Source: a virus
Taxonomy: Duplodnaviria; Heunggongvirae; Uroviricota; Caudoviricetes
Reading direction: 5' to 3' (one strand)
Length of the DNA: 64,000 nucleotides
IMG/VR virus record: IMGVR_UViG_3300031419_000007
Shown: piece after piece, positions 34,465 to 44,495 of the stretch
Layout of the letters: each line of letters opens with the position of its first letter
How positions within the stretch are numbered: the stretch's first letter is position 1
Program-made: the position numbers and the translations under genes
Notes under the pieces: model-generated
The model's input: only the letters and a program-made list of their open reading frames with translations
Databases searched by the model: none
Told to the model about the DNA's origin: nothing

Positions 34465-35748
34465 ATGAATGAATTAACAGTGGTGGGGCCAGGTGGGGTC
34501 TTACGTCCCGACATCCTCACTGAAGCAGAAGCCCAAGCCTTACTTGACCGTTACGGTGTCGGTGGGACGGCGATTACGATCCCTGCCGGTACCAACCTGC
34601 AGAAATACCTGGGCCGCGTGGACGGCGGGTTCTATTACGACGATGCGACGACTTCTGGCACAACCGGCGGGCCGATTCAGGACAAGGTTCATTACACCGT
34701 CCTGTCTGCTGACATCCCGGGCAACCGTACGATCCTTGCCGTCACCAAAGGAAACCACCTGTACACCGCCGAAGTCTATGGCGACGTGTTCCAGGGTTGG
34801 GCGTCTTACGGTAACTCCGTTGACGTGAAGTCCTGGATCGATGCGGCTATCGAAGCTCACGAAAAGACCCGTGACCACCCGTATGCCACCGAGACCGACC
34901 AAGGGTTTATCGAGATCGCCGCTCAGGAAGAAGCCGTGAGCGGTACCGATAACACCCGTGCCTTGACGTCGCTGCGGGCCCAAAACCTGCTGAGCACGTA
35001 CGGTCTGGGCGCCACGTCGGTTAAAGTCCCGAACAACGCTAACCTGGCGACGTACTTCAACACGGTCAAACCGGGGTTTTACCACCTGGATGCGTCAACC
35101 GGTTACGGTTACCAGAATACCCCGACGGACGTGGCGTTTGCTTGGGCGGAAATCATCGTTGGGGCTCATGAAGCGACGAACTACCGCAGCCTGCTAATGA
35201 TCACTGCCGAAGGTCGCCTGTATACCGCGGTCGTGAGTGCCGGATCCTTCAGTGGCTGGCGCCGCAAGATCGAATTCGCCGACATCCCGCATGCTTCGGG
35301 CTCTGTGGATGGCCTGACGAAAGTCCTGGACTCAATCTCCAGTGGCGATCAGGTTAATGCCGGTTCGGCCAACGCCGTCCGTGTTGCCTACGAGACGGCC
35401 AACTCCAAAGTCCCCCTGACCCGCCGTATTAACGGTCTGGCACTGACCGGCGATATCAACATCACGCCAGGTCTGATCGGGACCTACACTGCCCAGGAAA
35501 TTGATGCTAAACTGGCCGGACTCGGCACCATCCAGGATATTCGTTGGGGTGGTCTGCAAGGGTACGGCAACGCCTCGTTCATCGGATGGGAGAAGGGCCG
35601 TAAAACGGTTACCCCTGCGGGCGGCGTGATGGTTGACATCGCTGACTACAGCACGGGCAAAATTTGGATCGAGGACGTGGATAACGTCTGGTGGCGTTAC
35701 CTTCAAAAACAGGTGAATGGTTCATGGTACAATGTCGGAGCAATCTAA
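34465..35748 (+). CDS. Tail fibre protein 4
   Basis: HEKTRDHPYATETDQGFI, VPLTRRINGLALTGDI, C-terminal IQDIRWG...RYLQKQVNGSW. Confidence 0.85.
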   Translation: MNELTVVGPGGVLRPDILTEAEAQALLDRYGVGGTAITIPAGTNLQKYLGRVDGGFYYDDATTSGTTGGPIQDKVHYTVLSADIPGNRTILAVTKGNHLYTAEVYGDVFQGWASYGNSVDVKSWIDAAIEAHEKTRDHPYATETDQGFIEIAAQEEAVSGTDNTRALTSLRAQNLLSTYGLGATSVKVPNNANLATYFNTVKPGFYHLDASTGYGYQNTPTDVAFAWAEIIVGAHEATNYRSLLMITAEGRLYTAVVSAGSFSGWRRKIEFADIPHASGSVDGLTKVLDSISSGDQVNAGSANAVRVAYETANSKVPLTRRINGLALTGDINITPGLIGTYTAQEIDAKLAGLGTIQDIRWGGLQGYGNASFIGWEKGRKTVTPAGGVMVDIADYSTGKIWIEDVDNVWWRYLQKQVNGSWYNVGAI

Positions 35749-36230
35749 TCAGAGGCCCGTGGCGGGAGTATAAATCCGGCCACAGTACGAGTGTAGTCTT
35801 CCTGCAGTACGCGGGGATTGACTGGTACAAATACCGAGATTTGGTTGATAGTAAGTACCTGGTGGTGTTCGAAGGCTCCGGTGTCATCCTCAAAGTATAC
35901 GAGGACATTCAGGAAGCGTTCCCGGGGGATTTCTTCACGGCAGAAGTGGATGAGATCCCAGAAGACTTTTCAGTTGATAAGTACCGATTCGGGAAAGACG
36001 GTTTCTACGTCTACACGCCAACTGAAGAGGAAGTCCGGGCGAAGAACCAACGGATTGTCGATGCAGGTTGCAAGCGGGTGGCAGGGGACATTAACACCCT
36101 GACCATGCTGGGCAACATTGGGATTCGCTCTCCTGAAGAAGATGCCCGGTTGGAACAGCTGGTTACCTTCGTCAAAACCCTCCGGTCAGTTGACCTGTTG
36201 AATCCGGTCTGGCCTGACCTGCCGGACTAA
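35691..36230 (+). CDS. Tail fibre assembly chaperone; start probably 35718
   Basis: GIDWY...VILKV...FPG...AEVDEIPEDF...WPDLP pattern directly after a fibre gene. Confidence 0.7.
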   Translation: MALPSKTGEWFMVQCRSNLIRGPWREYKSGHSTSVVFLQYAGIDWYKYRDLVDSKYLVVFEGSGVILKVYEDIQEAFPGDFFTAEVDEIPEDFSVDKYRFGKDGFYVYTPTEEEVRAKNQRIVDAGCKRVAGDINTLTMLGNIGIRSPEEDARLEQLVTFVKTLRSVDLLNPVWPDLPD

Positions 36231-36247
36231 ACTCAACGTATTACGGA

Positions 36248-36272
36248 TAGGCAGACTTCGGTCTGCCTACTT
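36248..36272 (+). terminator. Terminator with a UUCG tetraloop
   Basis: TAGGCAGAC TTCG GTCTGCCTA. Confidence 0.7.
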
Positions 36273-36311
36273 ATCGCTTAACCGCGACACACAGACATTT
36301 GGAGAAAACAA

Positions 36312-38645
36312 TTGGCCAACTTGACGCAAGTGATGCCGGGTGGTGTAGACCGTCCGGACGTCGCCCTCAAAGAAGACCTGGATGCTATCGCTCAGGTTGC
36401 AAACAATGCGAAGGCCCAAGCCCAGGAGACATCTGACTTCCTGGAAACCCGTGTGCCTGTAGGCCGCACGATCAACAGCATGCCTCTGGACGAGGATATC
36501 GTCATCGACGCTGATTCTATCGACACGTACGACAAGTCGACGATCGATTCGAAGATCTCAGCGGTTGAAGCGGGTGGATACAACCCCGTTCACGTTAACG
36601 GCCATTTGCTGGATCAAGATGTTATCCTGTCTGCCGGTGACGTCGGTGCCTATTCGTCTTCAGAAGTTGACGGCAAGGTTGCCAACCTGGTGCCGAAAAC
36701 CCGCACGGTCAACGGTAAGCCGCTGGATGCTGACATTACGATCTCAGCGAGCGACCTGAACGTTTACACCAAAACGGAAGTCGACGGTAAGACCGACAAC
36801 TTCGTGACCCAGGACCGCAAGATCAACGGGAAGAACCTGTCGTCAGACATTACGCTGACCCTGTCCGATCTCGGTGGTGCAGATGGTTTTGTGCCACGTA
36901 CCTTCAAGATCAACAACAAAGCCATGTCCGGCGTAAGCCTTGACCTGACCGCTGATGACATCGGGGCGATCTCTCAGTCGTACGTTGATGACAAACTGTC
37001 AAAATACATCGGCGTGGACAACCAGAACGGTCTGGGTAACGCCCCGTATCCGGTGACCGACAAGAGCTTTGCGGAAAACGTCGGCGGATCGGGCTTCTAT
37101 TCTTACGCTGCCGGTACCACTCAGGATGATCAAGGCAACCCCGTTCCAACCTCCGTTTCTGACCGCCCAACCGGGTCACAGAGCGGCCGCGTGGTGATCC
37201 TGACCAACAAGGCGACTTACGACCAGGACGGCAACGTGGTGACGCCTGCCTCTCAGGATCTGCTGGCATTCCCGAACGATCTGGACGGCCTGTGGTTCAA
37301 GAAGAGCGGTTCTACCGTGTGGCAGCAAGTCGGCGCTGGCGGTGCGGGCGATCTGCCGTACCCGAACGTCTGGGCTCCGATGGGAGATACCCTGGCAATC
37401 ACTGCCGGTTCCGCCCCGTATGACACGATCACGATCGGCGGTGACACCATCGATCTGAACTCGAAGTCTGTGACCTTCACGCGTTCAACCGTGGCGACCT
37501 ACGTGGACAACGCCGGTGTACTGCAGTCAGCAGAAGTCGATGAGGCTCGCTTTGAGCGTCAAGGCATCCTGATTGAAGGCCCGTCGGTCAACGCTCTGTT
37601 CAATTCGAACACGTTGGGTTCTTGGCAGAAGACCACGAACGCTACCGTAACGGCGGGTGCTGCAGTGGGCCCTGACGGTGTCAACGCGTCAGCCAACAAG
37701 CTGAGCCTGACCGCGGCAAGCGGCGAAGTGACAGCACAGGGTTCTGTTCGAGCAGATACCTTCTCGGCGAACGGCAACGTTGCGTTCTCAATCTTTGCGA
37801 AGGCTTCTGAGCGTTCACTCCTGCAGCTGAGTTTCGCCACGAGCGTTAGCAGCCTGTACGCCAACTTTGATCTGATCAACGGCACGACGGGTGGAAATGC
37901 GACGGTTAAGTCAATCCAGAAACTGGGTAACGGTTGGTTCCGCTGTTCGGTTGTCGTCAAGGCAATTGCAGTACCGGCGTCCGGTTCAAACTTCAGTGTT
38001 AAGGCTACGATCATCAACGCATTGAGCGATACCCTTGCTCCAGCTGCGTCCGGTGTTGCCGGTGACAGTCTGTTCCTGTTCGGTGGCCAGGTTGAAGCCC
38101 TGCCGTTTGCCTCATCGTACTTCCCAACCGGGAATACTGCCCCGACGACCGGACGTGCGGCTGACATGGCGAGCATGCGTGGAGCGGCTAACTGGAATGC
38201 AGGTCCTTTCACGCTCTTTGCAGAAGTTCACACCAACTGGGACGCTACTCCTCCGAACGAAGCGCCTCGCGTCTTTGATCTGGGTGGTACGGTCGCAACC
38301 GGCGTGGACTACGTGAGCCTGGCCGTAGGTTGGAACACTGCGATTCAGCAAGCAACGGCGGTGATTGGTGACGGAGCAGCAGCAACCCAATACGCGGCAG
38401 CACGGAGCTACTCTGGACGAAACATTATGGTGGCCATGCGCTACGACGGGACCGCTCTGGACGTTGCAGCGAACGGTATGCTGTCAGCGAAAACCGCCGT
38501 ACCGTACACCATCGGTAACTCGTCGACCGCCCTTCGTATCGGTGGACAAGCGGCAGATGGGATTCGCCACCTGTTTGGGCACATTAAGAATTTACGTGTC
38601 TGGCACCGTGCATTAAAGGACTCTGAGGTCAAAGGGTTGCAGTAA
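36312..38645 (+). CDS. Long tail fibre/spike protein 5 with a C-terminal carbohydrate-binding/LamG-like domain
   Basis: Multiple R(T/K)(I/V)NG..L..DI.L repeats; FTRSTVATY...ARFERQGILIEG; GHIKNLRVWHRAL C-terminal end. Confidence 0.8.
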   Translation: MANLTQVMPGGVDRPDVALKEDLDAIAQVANNAKAQAQETSDFLETRVPVGRTINSMPLDEDIVIDADSIDTYDKSTIDSKISAVEAGGYNPVHVNGHLLDQDVILSAGDVGAYSSSEVDGKVANLVPKTRTVNGKPLDADITISASDLNVYTKTEVDGKTDNFVTQDRKINGKNLSSDITLTLSDLGGADGFVPRTFKINNKAMSGVSLDLTADDIGAISQSYVDDKLSKYIGVDNQNGLGNAPYPVTDKSFAENVGGSGFYSYAAGTTQDDQGNPVPTSVSDRPTGSQSGRVVILTNKATYDQDGNVVTPASQDLLAFPNDLDGLWFKKSGSTVWQQVGAGGAGDLPYPNVWAPMGDTLAITAGSAPYDTITIGGDTIDLNSKSVTFTRSTVATYVDNAGVLQSAEVDEARFERQGILIEGPSVNALFNSNTLGSWQKTTNATVTAGAAVGPDGVNASANKLSLTAASGEVTAQGSVRADTFSANGNVAFSIFAKASERSLLQLSFATSVSSLYANFDLINGTTGGNATVKSIQKLGNGWFRCSVVVKAIAVPASGSNFSVKATIINALSDTLAPAASGVAGDSLFLFGGQVEALPFASSYFPTGNTAPTTGRAADMASMRGAANWNAGPFTLFAEVHTNWDATPPNEAPRVFDLGGTVATGVDYVSLAVGWNTAIQQATAVIGDGAAATQYAAARSYSGRNIMVAMRYDGTALDVAANGMLSAKTAVPYTIGNSSTALRIGGQAADGIRHLFGHIKNLRVWHRALKDSEVKGLQ

Positions 38646-38691
38646 ACTTAAGTGAAACTGGAGGTTTCCTCCAGTTAACTTAGGAGGCATA

Positions 38692-39585
38692 ATGGCCAAG
38701 CGTAAATCGATCATCACCCTTTCAAACTTTGTCCAGATGGCTGTCGGTTCGTCCGGCAGCAATGTCGTTAATGTAATGCCGAACGGAGGTCTCCAAGTAG
38801 GCAATAACACTGGCCAAACCATTCTGTATTCAAGCCAAGATCCTACCACCATCGTCGACGGTGTCACCTACAAGCTTCTCAGTGAGAAGAATATGGCGGA
38901 CTTCGTCACGGCCGGTGGACTCAACCGTATCACCATCATGAAAGCCAACGGTACTTTTACGAAAGACACCAAGACTAAACGCATGATTGTCGAAATGGTA
39001 GGCGGCGGCGGGGCGGTTCCATCCTGTGCGGCACTCGGGTTGGCAGCAGTGGCTGTCGCGTCGGGCGGGGCGTCCGGAGCATACATGAAGTTGTCCTTCG
39101 ACTCTGCTCAAGCGGCACTGGTTACTGCCGTTCCCGTGGTGATCGGGGCGGCCGGTGTGATCGCCGCAACCAAAGGTGGCAACGGTGGAGATACCTCGTT
39201 CGGTGCACTGATTGCCCGCGGCGGGGCCGGCGCTACGATGATGACTTCAGGGAACTTACTCGGTGCCTGGACCATGACGGGGCGGGCCAAAGGCGGTTCT
39301 TACCAGACCAGTGCCAATGCCACGACCATGCAGTCACTTCGTGGTGGGTGCGGCCAGGAAGGGATCTACTCCGGGGCAGACGGCCGGGGCGGTACCGGTG
39401 GGTCTAACCCGCTCGGTTCCGGCGGGCAGGGAATGTCTACCCGGGATGGTACGTCCGTTGTTGCCGACATGATCCCCGACGGGTTTGGTGCCGGTGCTGG
39501 CGGCTTCGTGGCAAGCGGTCTGGGTGGATTTAGCGTAGGTTGCGGCGGGGCACCTGGAGCGGTCATCGTCTGGGAGTTTTTCTGA
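38692..39585 (+). CDS. Glycine-rich tail-associated protein
   Basis: GTFTKD..RMIVEMVGGGG...GGAPGAVIVWE, a Gly-rich domain typical of fibre accessory proteins. Confidence 0.7.
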   Translation: MAKRKSIITLSNFVQMAVGSSGSNVVNVMPNGGLQVGNNTGQTILYSSQDPTTIVDGVTYKLLSEKNMADFVTAGGLNRITIMKANGTFTKDTKTKRMIVEMVGGGGAVPSCAALGLAAVAVASGGASGAYMKLSFDSAQAALVTAVPVVIGAAGVIAATKGGNGGDTSFGALIARGGAGATMMTSGNLLGAWTMTGRAKGGSYQTSANATTMQSLRGGCGQEGIYSGADGRGGTGGSNPLGSGGQGMSTRDGTSVVADMIPDGFGAGAGGFVASGLGGFSVGCGGAPGAVIVWEFF

Positions 39586-39588
39586 GCT

Positions 39589-39618
39589 AAAAAAGAACCC
39601 CGGGTTTCCGGGGTTTTT
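39589..39618. terminator. Bidirectional terminator
   Basis: A-run, AACCCCGG-loop-CCGGGGTT, T-run between convergent genes. Confidence 0.85.
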
Positions 39619-39621
39619 CAT

Positions 39622-40518
39622 TTAGAACAGCTTACGGGATTCAACCCTAATGGATTGAAGGTCGCCGCAAGTGTTCCGCTTGCCGTTCTTACAGAGCGGC
39701 TTGAAGTCGCAGTACGTACACGCCGTACCCTTGTTCGGGAAGAACTCTTCAGCTTCGAGGACGGTTTGCACCGCTGTTTCAATCTTCGCGTCCAACCACG
39801 TTGGGAGCAGATCCTCGATGTTCTTCGCCTTGATGTAGTCGTTCATGACGACCTGGCCGGCTTCCATGAAGTGGATCCCTGACTGCATGCCCCGCACTTT
39901 ACGGTGACCAAAGTGGTACAGCAAGTGGTACGTTGAGAGCTGCGGACGGTGATACTTCAGGCCATAGGCCGGTGAGCCACCACGCTTGTGGTCGATGACC
40001 AGAGCGTCGTCGTTCTGCAGGTGGATCGGCAAGTCGATAACACCACGGAAGTACGCATCCGGTGACGTGAACCCGGTTGGTTTATAGTCACGGGTAATCG
40101 CAAGCTTCAACTCCGGAACGATCTCGTCAATCGGGTGATTCTCTTCGAACACGCCCATGCGTTGACGGAAGGCTTTGAGGTTAGCGTAGTGCTTCTCGAC
40201 AAACCACCAGCGTTCTGGAGTCACGGCCGAAAAGTTTTCTTCCTTGCCGAGTGCTTCTGCTTCTTCAAACGTGTGGCCTTCGAACATCAGTTCGAGCATG
40301 CGGTGCAGGGCCGTACCGGTATTACGCAGCAAGACATCATCCGGGTTCTCTTCACCAAGAACACGCAGCTTAACGCCATACTGAAGTAAAAATTGTAGCG
40401 GGCATTTCTCGAGCGTCTTCAGCTTGGAGACTGACCACGGTCCGAAACCCGTTGGGGAAATGTCGGTAACACCTTCGAGGCGGGCAAGCGCTTCCTCGAG
40501 TTCTTGTTTCTGACTCAT
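39622..40518 (-). CDS. Cas4/RecB-like PD-(D/E)xK exonuclease with Fe-S cysteines
   Basis: WSVSK...CPLQF, GTALH, RGVIDL, VIDHK, QLSTY, CTYCDFKPLC. Confidence 0.85.
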   Translation of the reverse strand: MSQKQELEEALARLEGVTDISPTGFGPWSVSKLKTLEKCPLQFLLQYGVKLRVLGEENPDDVLLRNTGTALHRMLELMFEGHTFEEAEALGKEENFSAVTPERWWFVEKHYANLKAFRQRMGVFEENHPIDEIVPELKLAITRDYKPTGFTSPDAYFRGVIDLPIHLQNDDALVIDHKRGGSPAYGLKYHRPQLSTYHLLYHFGHRKVRGMQSGIHFMEAGQVVMNDYIKAKNIEDLLPTWLDAKIETAVQTVLEAEEFFPNKGTACTYCDFKPLCKNGKRNTCGDLQSIRVESRKLF

Positions 40519-40568
40519 GAAATCTCCTGAAAGGTTAATCTTATAAGAGTTTAACCTCTCCAGGCACT

Positions 40569-40592
40569 AAAAGAAAGGGCCCCGTAGGGCCC
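40569..40592 (-). terminator. Intrinsic terminator after SSB
   Basis: GGGCCC-loop-GGGCCC plus T-rich tail on the minus strand. Confidence 0.7.
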
Positions 40593-40603
40593 TCTGGTAC
40601 ACC

Positions 40604-41287
40604 TTAGACGGTGTAGTTGGTTTCGTCAGTGCTACCAGTCAGTTCCTGGTCGCCGCCGGCTACCGGTACGTCTGGAGCAGCGAACTCGCCGCCTTCAAAC
40701 TCACCGAACTCATTGTCGGTGCCGCCGCCGCCATACTGAACAACCTTGATCAGCTGGATCTTCTCCAGACGCAGGCTCACGCCCACACCCTGAGTTGCCA
40801 TGTTGTAAGGACGAGCCGTTACAACTACGCGAACGATGGTGCCGTTACCGATCTTGGCTGCTGCCAGTTGCTCTTTGCTCAGGTATTTACCCTTGCTGTC
40901 AACGATCGGCAGGTTGATTTCCTGCACTGCGCCATCTTTATCGGTGAAGCGAGCAGCACGTTTCAGCTTGAGCTGAAGGGTACCGTTCTCCATTTCACCG
41001 GCCAGCCAAGGCTGAGTGTCAGAAGCTTTAAGCTGTTTGGCTTTCTTGCCTTTCTTCTTAGCTTCTTCGTTTTCGATTTCCTGGTAGATCGGCAGAGCCG
41101 CTTCCAGAATTGCCTGCATGTCTGCGAAGTGGGTACGCATTTCTTCAGGCTTAGGGTAAACAGTGACTTTGAACTCACCCATTGCGTTGAACTTGGTGTC
41201 CGGCTCCAGCAGGTGGAACCATTCGCCCGCTACTGGGCCGATGATGATGCGTTTCTCGAGTTCTTTCAGTTGATCAGCTGCTGCCAT
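40604..41287 (-). CDS. ssDNA-binding protein, T7 gp2.5-like
   Basis: HLLEPDTKFNAMGEFKV...IGNGTIVRV...GVSLRLEKIQLIKVVQYGGG, acidic C-terminal tail. Confidence 0.82.
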   Translation of the reverse strand: MAAADQLKELEKRIIIGPVAGEWFHLLEPDTKFNAMGEFKVTVYPKPEEMRTHFADMQAILEAALPIYQEIENEEAKKKGKKAKQLKASDTQPWLAGEMENGTLQLKLKRAARFTDKDGAVQEINLPIVDSKGKYLSKEQLAAAKIGNGTIVRVVVTARPYNMATQGVGVSLRLEKIQLIKVVQYGGGGTDNEFGEFEGGEFAAPDVPVAGGDQELTGSTDETNYTV

Positions 41288-41483
41288 GTTCGTGTTCTCC
41301 AGTGGAAGTGTATTTGTGAGTCATAATTATGTCGGAAAGCTCGGCTAAAGTCAAGCCCCAATTCTCACGAATTCGTTGAGATACTCGGCCGTTACGAAAT
41401 TCTGCCCAGTCCTCGGGTGTCAAAACGATGCTACCTGATTTCTCCATATTAGTTATACCCTCAAATGAAATCTTATTGGATGC

Positions 41484-41690
41484 TTATTCAGCACCCTTGA
41501 CGTGAATCTCCATGACATTCCCGCCGCCAGACATCGGGTAAGCGCCACGCTTTTCGCCGGCATCCATAATCGCCGCCCCGATCAGATCAAGTTTATCCTT
41601 GTCTGCGGTGACGTCGTTCGTGGTAAGCACCAGAGTGGTGATACCATTTTGTTTCCGAATTGCATCGATCTTGATCATATCAGTCCTCAA
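41484..41690 (-). CDS. Small hypothetical protein
   Basis: 68-aa ORF. Confidence 0.5.
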   Translation of the reverse strand: MRTDMIKIDAIRKQNGITTLVLTTNDVTADKDKLDLIGAAIMDAGEKRGAYPMSGGGNVMEIHVKGAE

Positions 41691-41722
41691 TTGACTTATA
41701 CTGCTCTGCCGAGTACTATACC

Positions 41723-42604
41723 GTGACTAACCTGGAGAACACAATGGGATTGACAAAATACTACGAGGATATCTGTGATCGGTATCCTATCCTCAGTCGT
41801 GAGGAAGAAAACAAACAACTGGGCATTTACTTCTCGACAACCGCCTCGGCCAAAGAGAAGTCACAGGCTCGGGATATCCTCATTTGCTCAAACCTGCGGT
41901 TTGTGTTCAAGAAAGCCAAACGTTACTCCCGTGGGAACGTCGAGCAGTTTGAAGACCTGATCGCAGCAGGCAATGAAGGCTTGCTGGCCGGTCTGGATAA
42001 GTTCGATCCAACCAGTGGGGTTCGCTTACTGAGCTACGCCGGCTGGTGGGTCATGCAACGTCAGCTAAAGGAAATGTCCCGCTGGCGCCTGGTCGCTCTT
42101 CCTGCTCAGAAGCAGCAACTCGCCACAAAGATCAAGAAGTTCGTTGAGTCTAAGGACGAGATGCCGAGCATTGAAGAACTGCGTGAAGAGTTTCCCAATG
42201 CGTCCATCAAGGATCTGCGTGAACTGAGCAAAACCCAGTACATCACATTCTATCTGGACAACATGAAGGAAACCGACACACCGATTGTCCACCCGATTGA
42301 TCAGTTGGTGGAAGAACTGGAGAACGATAGCTTGCTTACGGCTATCAATGCACTGCCTTATCCGGATAATGAAATCGTGAAGATGTCTTACGGAATCGTC
42401 GATGGGGTTGAAATGAAACCCGTTGAGATCGTTCGCGTCTTAGACAATCCGAAATATAATCAGGCGTACGTTAAGCGATCCCTGGTGAAAAGTGCTGAAG
42501 CATTGCGTCTAGTCATGGTGGACGGTTACGGGCAAACGACAACTTCCGGGTATGACGTTCCGTCCAGCGCCCTGGGGTATATCGAGAACGACCTGCCCTG
42601 GTAA
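41723..42604 (+). CDS. Sigma70-family RNA polymerase sigma factor (RpoD/RpoH-like regions 1.2-2, divergent region 4)
   Basis: LSREEE, SNLRFVFKKAKRY, DLIAAGNEGLLAGLDKFD, SYAGWWVMQ. Confidence 0.9.
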   Translation: MTNLENTMGLTKYYEDICDRYPILSREEENKQLGIYFSTTASAKEKSQARDILICSNLRFVFKKAKRYSRGNVEQFEDLIAAGNEGLLAGLDKFDPTSGVRLLSYAGWWVMQRQLKEMSRWRLVALPAQKQQLATKIKKFVESKDEMPSIEELREEFPNASIKDLRELSKTQYITFYLDNMKETDTPIVHPIDQLVEELENDSLLTAINALPYPDNEIVKMSYGIVDGVEMKPVEIVRVLDNPKYNQAYVKRSLVKSAEALRLVMVDGYGQTTTSGYDVPSSALGYIENDLPW

Positions 42605-42804
42605 AGTACCTGGCGTGGCTCAACTCGAATATCCGGTCGGATCTCAGAACAGATTGCCACCGCAGCATAGATCCGAGCCACGCGAGACGAGACGTTAAAC
42701 CTGGTCATTGCCAGTTTTGTTTTACGCTCGATGTTCTTGCGTTCGTGGATTCCCTCGGGTGTTAGCGTTAGCTGGCACTCGTTCATTTCGATCTTCATCT
42801 TCAT
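42526..42804 (-). CDS. Small hypothetical protein; its 3' end overlaps the sigma gene convergently
   Basis: 92-aa ORF with RBS GGAGA. Confidence 0.4.
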   Translation of the reverse strand: MKMKIEMNECQLTLTPEGIHERKNIERKTKLAMTRFNVSSRVARIYAAVAICSEIRPDIRVEPRQVLYQGRSFSIYPRALDGTSYPEVVVCP

Positions 42805-42840
42805 CTCCGTTCGGAAAATAACCCCAGTTCCAAATATTCA

Positions 42841-44454
42841 TTAAAACCCCTCGAAAGAGTCTTGCAGCCAGCGTGGTATCCACTGACGGGTGCGGTTTAG
42901 AAACGATGGGAATCGGCTATCGAGTAGATAAGTGATTCCATAATCTTGCTCAGATCTTACTGGTCGGCCAAGCATCTGGCCAAATACTACGAGTGTCTTC
43001 AAGTCGTACCATTGGGGATTCCGCTGCATCATCTTGCCCACGACCTTATCCCCGACGTTGAGGTAAGGTACGGATGTCACAATCTGGAAACGAGCACGGT
43101 CGTCCTTGAAGTCTACCCCTTGCTGGCAAATCGGTGAGATGAATACCGAGTTGTCGCGACGGAGGTAAAACCCTGATAACTGCATGCCGAAGTCATCAGA
43201 GGTGTGCGTCACAGTACGGCCACCTAAGGCTTCCTGTAACTGTGCAGCCTTAACGTAGCTACTGACGTGAATCAATCCCTTCTCGTCCGGATGTCGAGAA
43301 AAGATCCTACGGATTCGATCAACGAGACGACCGAAGTTATTCTCCCACTCTGCAGCATTGAGCTTCACAGCGCCGGCGTCCATCACGACCGGACGGTTCT
43401 CTACGGGGAACGTTGAGTTCACACGAAGATAAGCCGTCTGGGCCGGATCCAGTCCGTTCTCATAGCAGAACATGTTCTTGCTGAAGATCGTACCGGACAT
43501 CAGCAGCACCTTATCCGCTTGATCGAAGATTAAGGAGCGGGCTTGACGGGACACGTCCAGAGGGCGGAATGTGAAGTACGTACCGCTATCCTTATGGGTT
43601 ACGTCCGTGGCGAATTGTCCAAACATCATCACGCTGGTGGAGCCGTCGGCATTGAGCTGGTACATATTGTCAATCTGCTCGCCGAGGTCACTCAGGTACT
43701 GGCGGAACTCCCGGGTGAACGCCCCTGTTGGCTGGTGGGCCGGGGCACGGAAGTAACGCTGCCAGTCCTGCATCGTCCAGCGGTCCATTTGTGGAAGCTC
43801 GGGCAGTCGCATGCCTTTGATGAACACCGTTTTGGCCAGTGTATCGCGGACAATTCCCGCCAGATCGTGGCACTCGTCCACAACCAAACGGGGGCGACGC
43901 TCGAAGCGTCCGGCATAGTGGGTCTGATAGATGAAAGAGTGCAGGTTACACACGATGTGTTCCGACTCCAGGGCCACGTTAATGGCGGTCTGGTACGGGC
44001 ACTCGATGCCTGACAATCTTTCACAGCTCTCTTGATAGCCTAATCGAGCATCCGGTTCGGTCTGGGACAGACAGCGACCCTGCGAACAACGGATGCCACC
44101 CTGAAATCGGGGTGACAGATTACCTTCGAGAATCTCAGCATGGATCTGATGAACCGGTAAAGATTCAAGTCCTGGACGTCTGGGGTCGACGCAAGGATAG
44201 GCCGCACGGCCTTTAAGTGTTACGATATACTCACTGAAATCATCAAAGTACTGATCTTGTAAGCTTTTACGGGGAGTCAGGATGAAACTCTGGTGGCCAT
44301 GTCTGGCAAACGCAACTCCCATACCTGATTTCCCCGAACCTACAGGACTTTCCAACAGGACGTAGGGATGACGCTGTATGATTGGGTCAAGAGCGGTCAG
44401 AACACGGTCCTGCGTTTCGCGAATCGTTCGAAACGGAAAGAAATCCTTTAGCAT
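42841..44454 (-). CDS. DinG/Rad3-like SF2 helicase with Fe-S cysteines
   Basis: ESPVGSGKS, LKGRAAYPC...C...C...CPY, VDECH, LMSGT, QGVDF, QMLGRPVRSEQDYG. Confidence 0.9.
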   Translation of the reverse strand: MLKDFFPFRTIRETQDRVLTALDPIIQRHPYVLLESPVGSGKSGMGVAFARHGHQSFILTPRKSLQDQYFDDFSEYIVTLKGRAAYPCVDPRRPGLESLPVHQIHAEILEGNLSPRFQGGIRCSQGRCLSQTEPDARLGYQESCERLSGIECPYQTAINVALESEHIVCNLHSFIYQTHYAGRFERRPRLVVDECHDLAGIVRDTLAKTVFIKGMRLPELPQMDRWTMQDWQRYFRAPAHQPTGAFTREFRQYLSDLGEQIDNMYQLNADGSTSVMMFGQFATDVTHKDSGTYFTFRPLDVSRQARSLIFDQADKVLLMSGTIFSKNMFCYENGLDPAQTAYLRVNSTFPVENRPVVMDAGAVKLNAAEWENNFGRLVDRIRRIFSRHPDEKGLIHVSSYVKAAQLQEALGGRTVTHTSDDFGMQLSGFYLRRDNSVFISPICQQGVDFKDDRARFQIVTSVPYLNVGDKVVGKMMQRNPQWYDLKTLVVFGQMLGRPVRSEQDYGITYLLDSRFPSFLNRTRQWIPRWLQDSFEGF

Positions 44455-44474
44455 TACGGAGCCTCAATTGTGTG

Positions 44475-44495
44475 TGTACACATTATTCTTATACC
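44475..44495 (-). promoter_or_regulatory. Promoter-motif variant (N6 spacer)
   Basis: tgtacac attatt cttatacc, 21 nt before the DinG ATG. Confidence 0.5.

Noticed and set aside
36312-39585. Diversity-generating retroelement acting on tail fibres
   Set aside because: No reverse transcriptase and no TR/VR-like nucleotide repeat pair seen; the repeats are protein-level fibre repeats
39622-40518. Cas4-like gene as evidence of a CRISPR-Cas system
   Set aside because: No repeat-spacer array or other cas genes seen; stand-alone Cas4-like nucleases are common in phages
41274-41447. 57-aa minus-strand ORF upstream of SSB
   Set aside because: No clear RBS, and a promoter-like GTTATACC lies only about 5 nt from its ATG; more likely the SSB leader region
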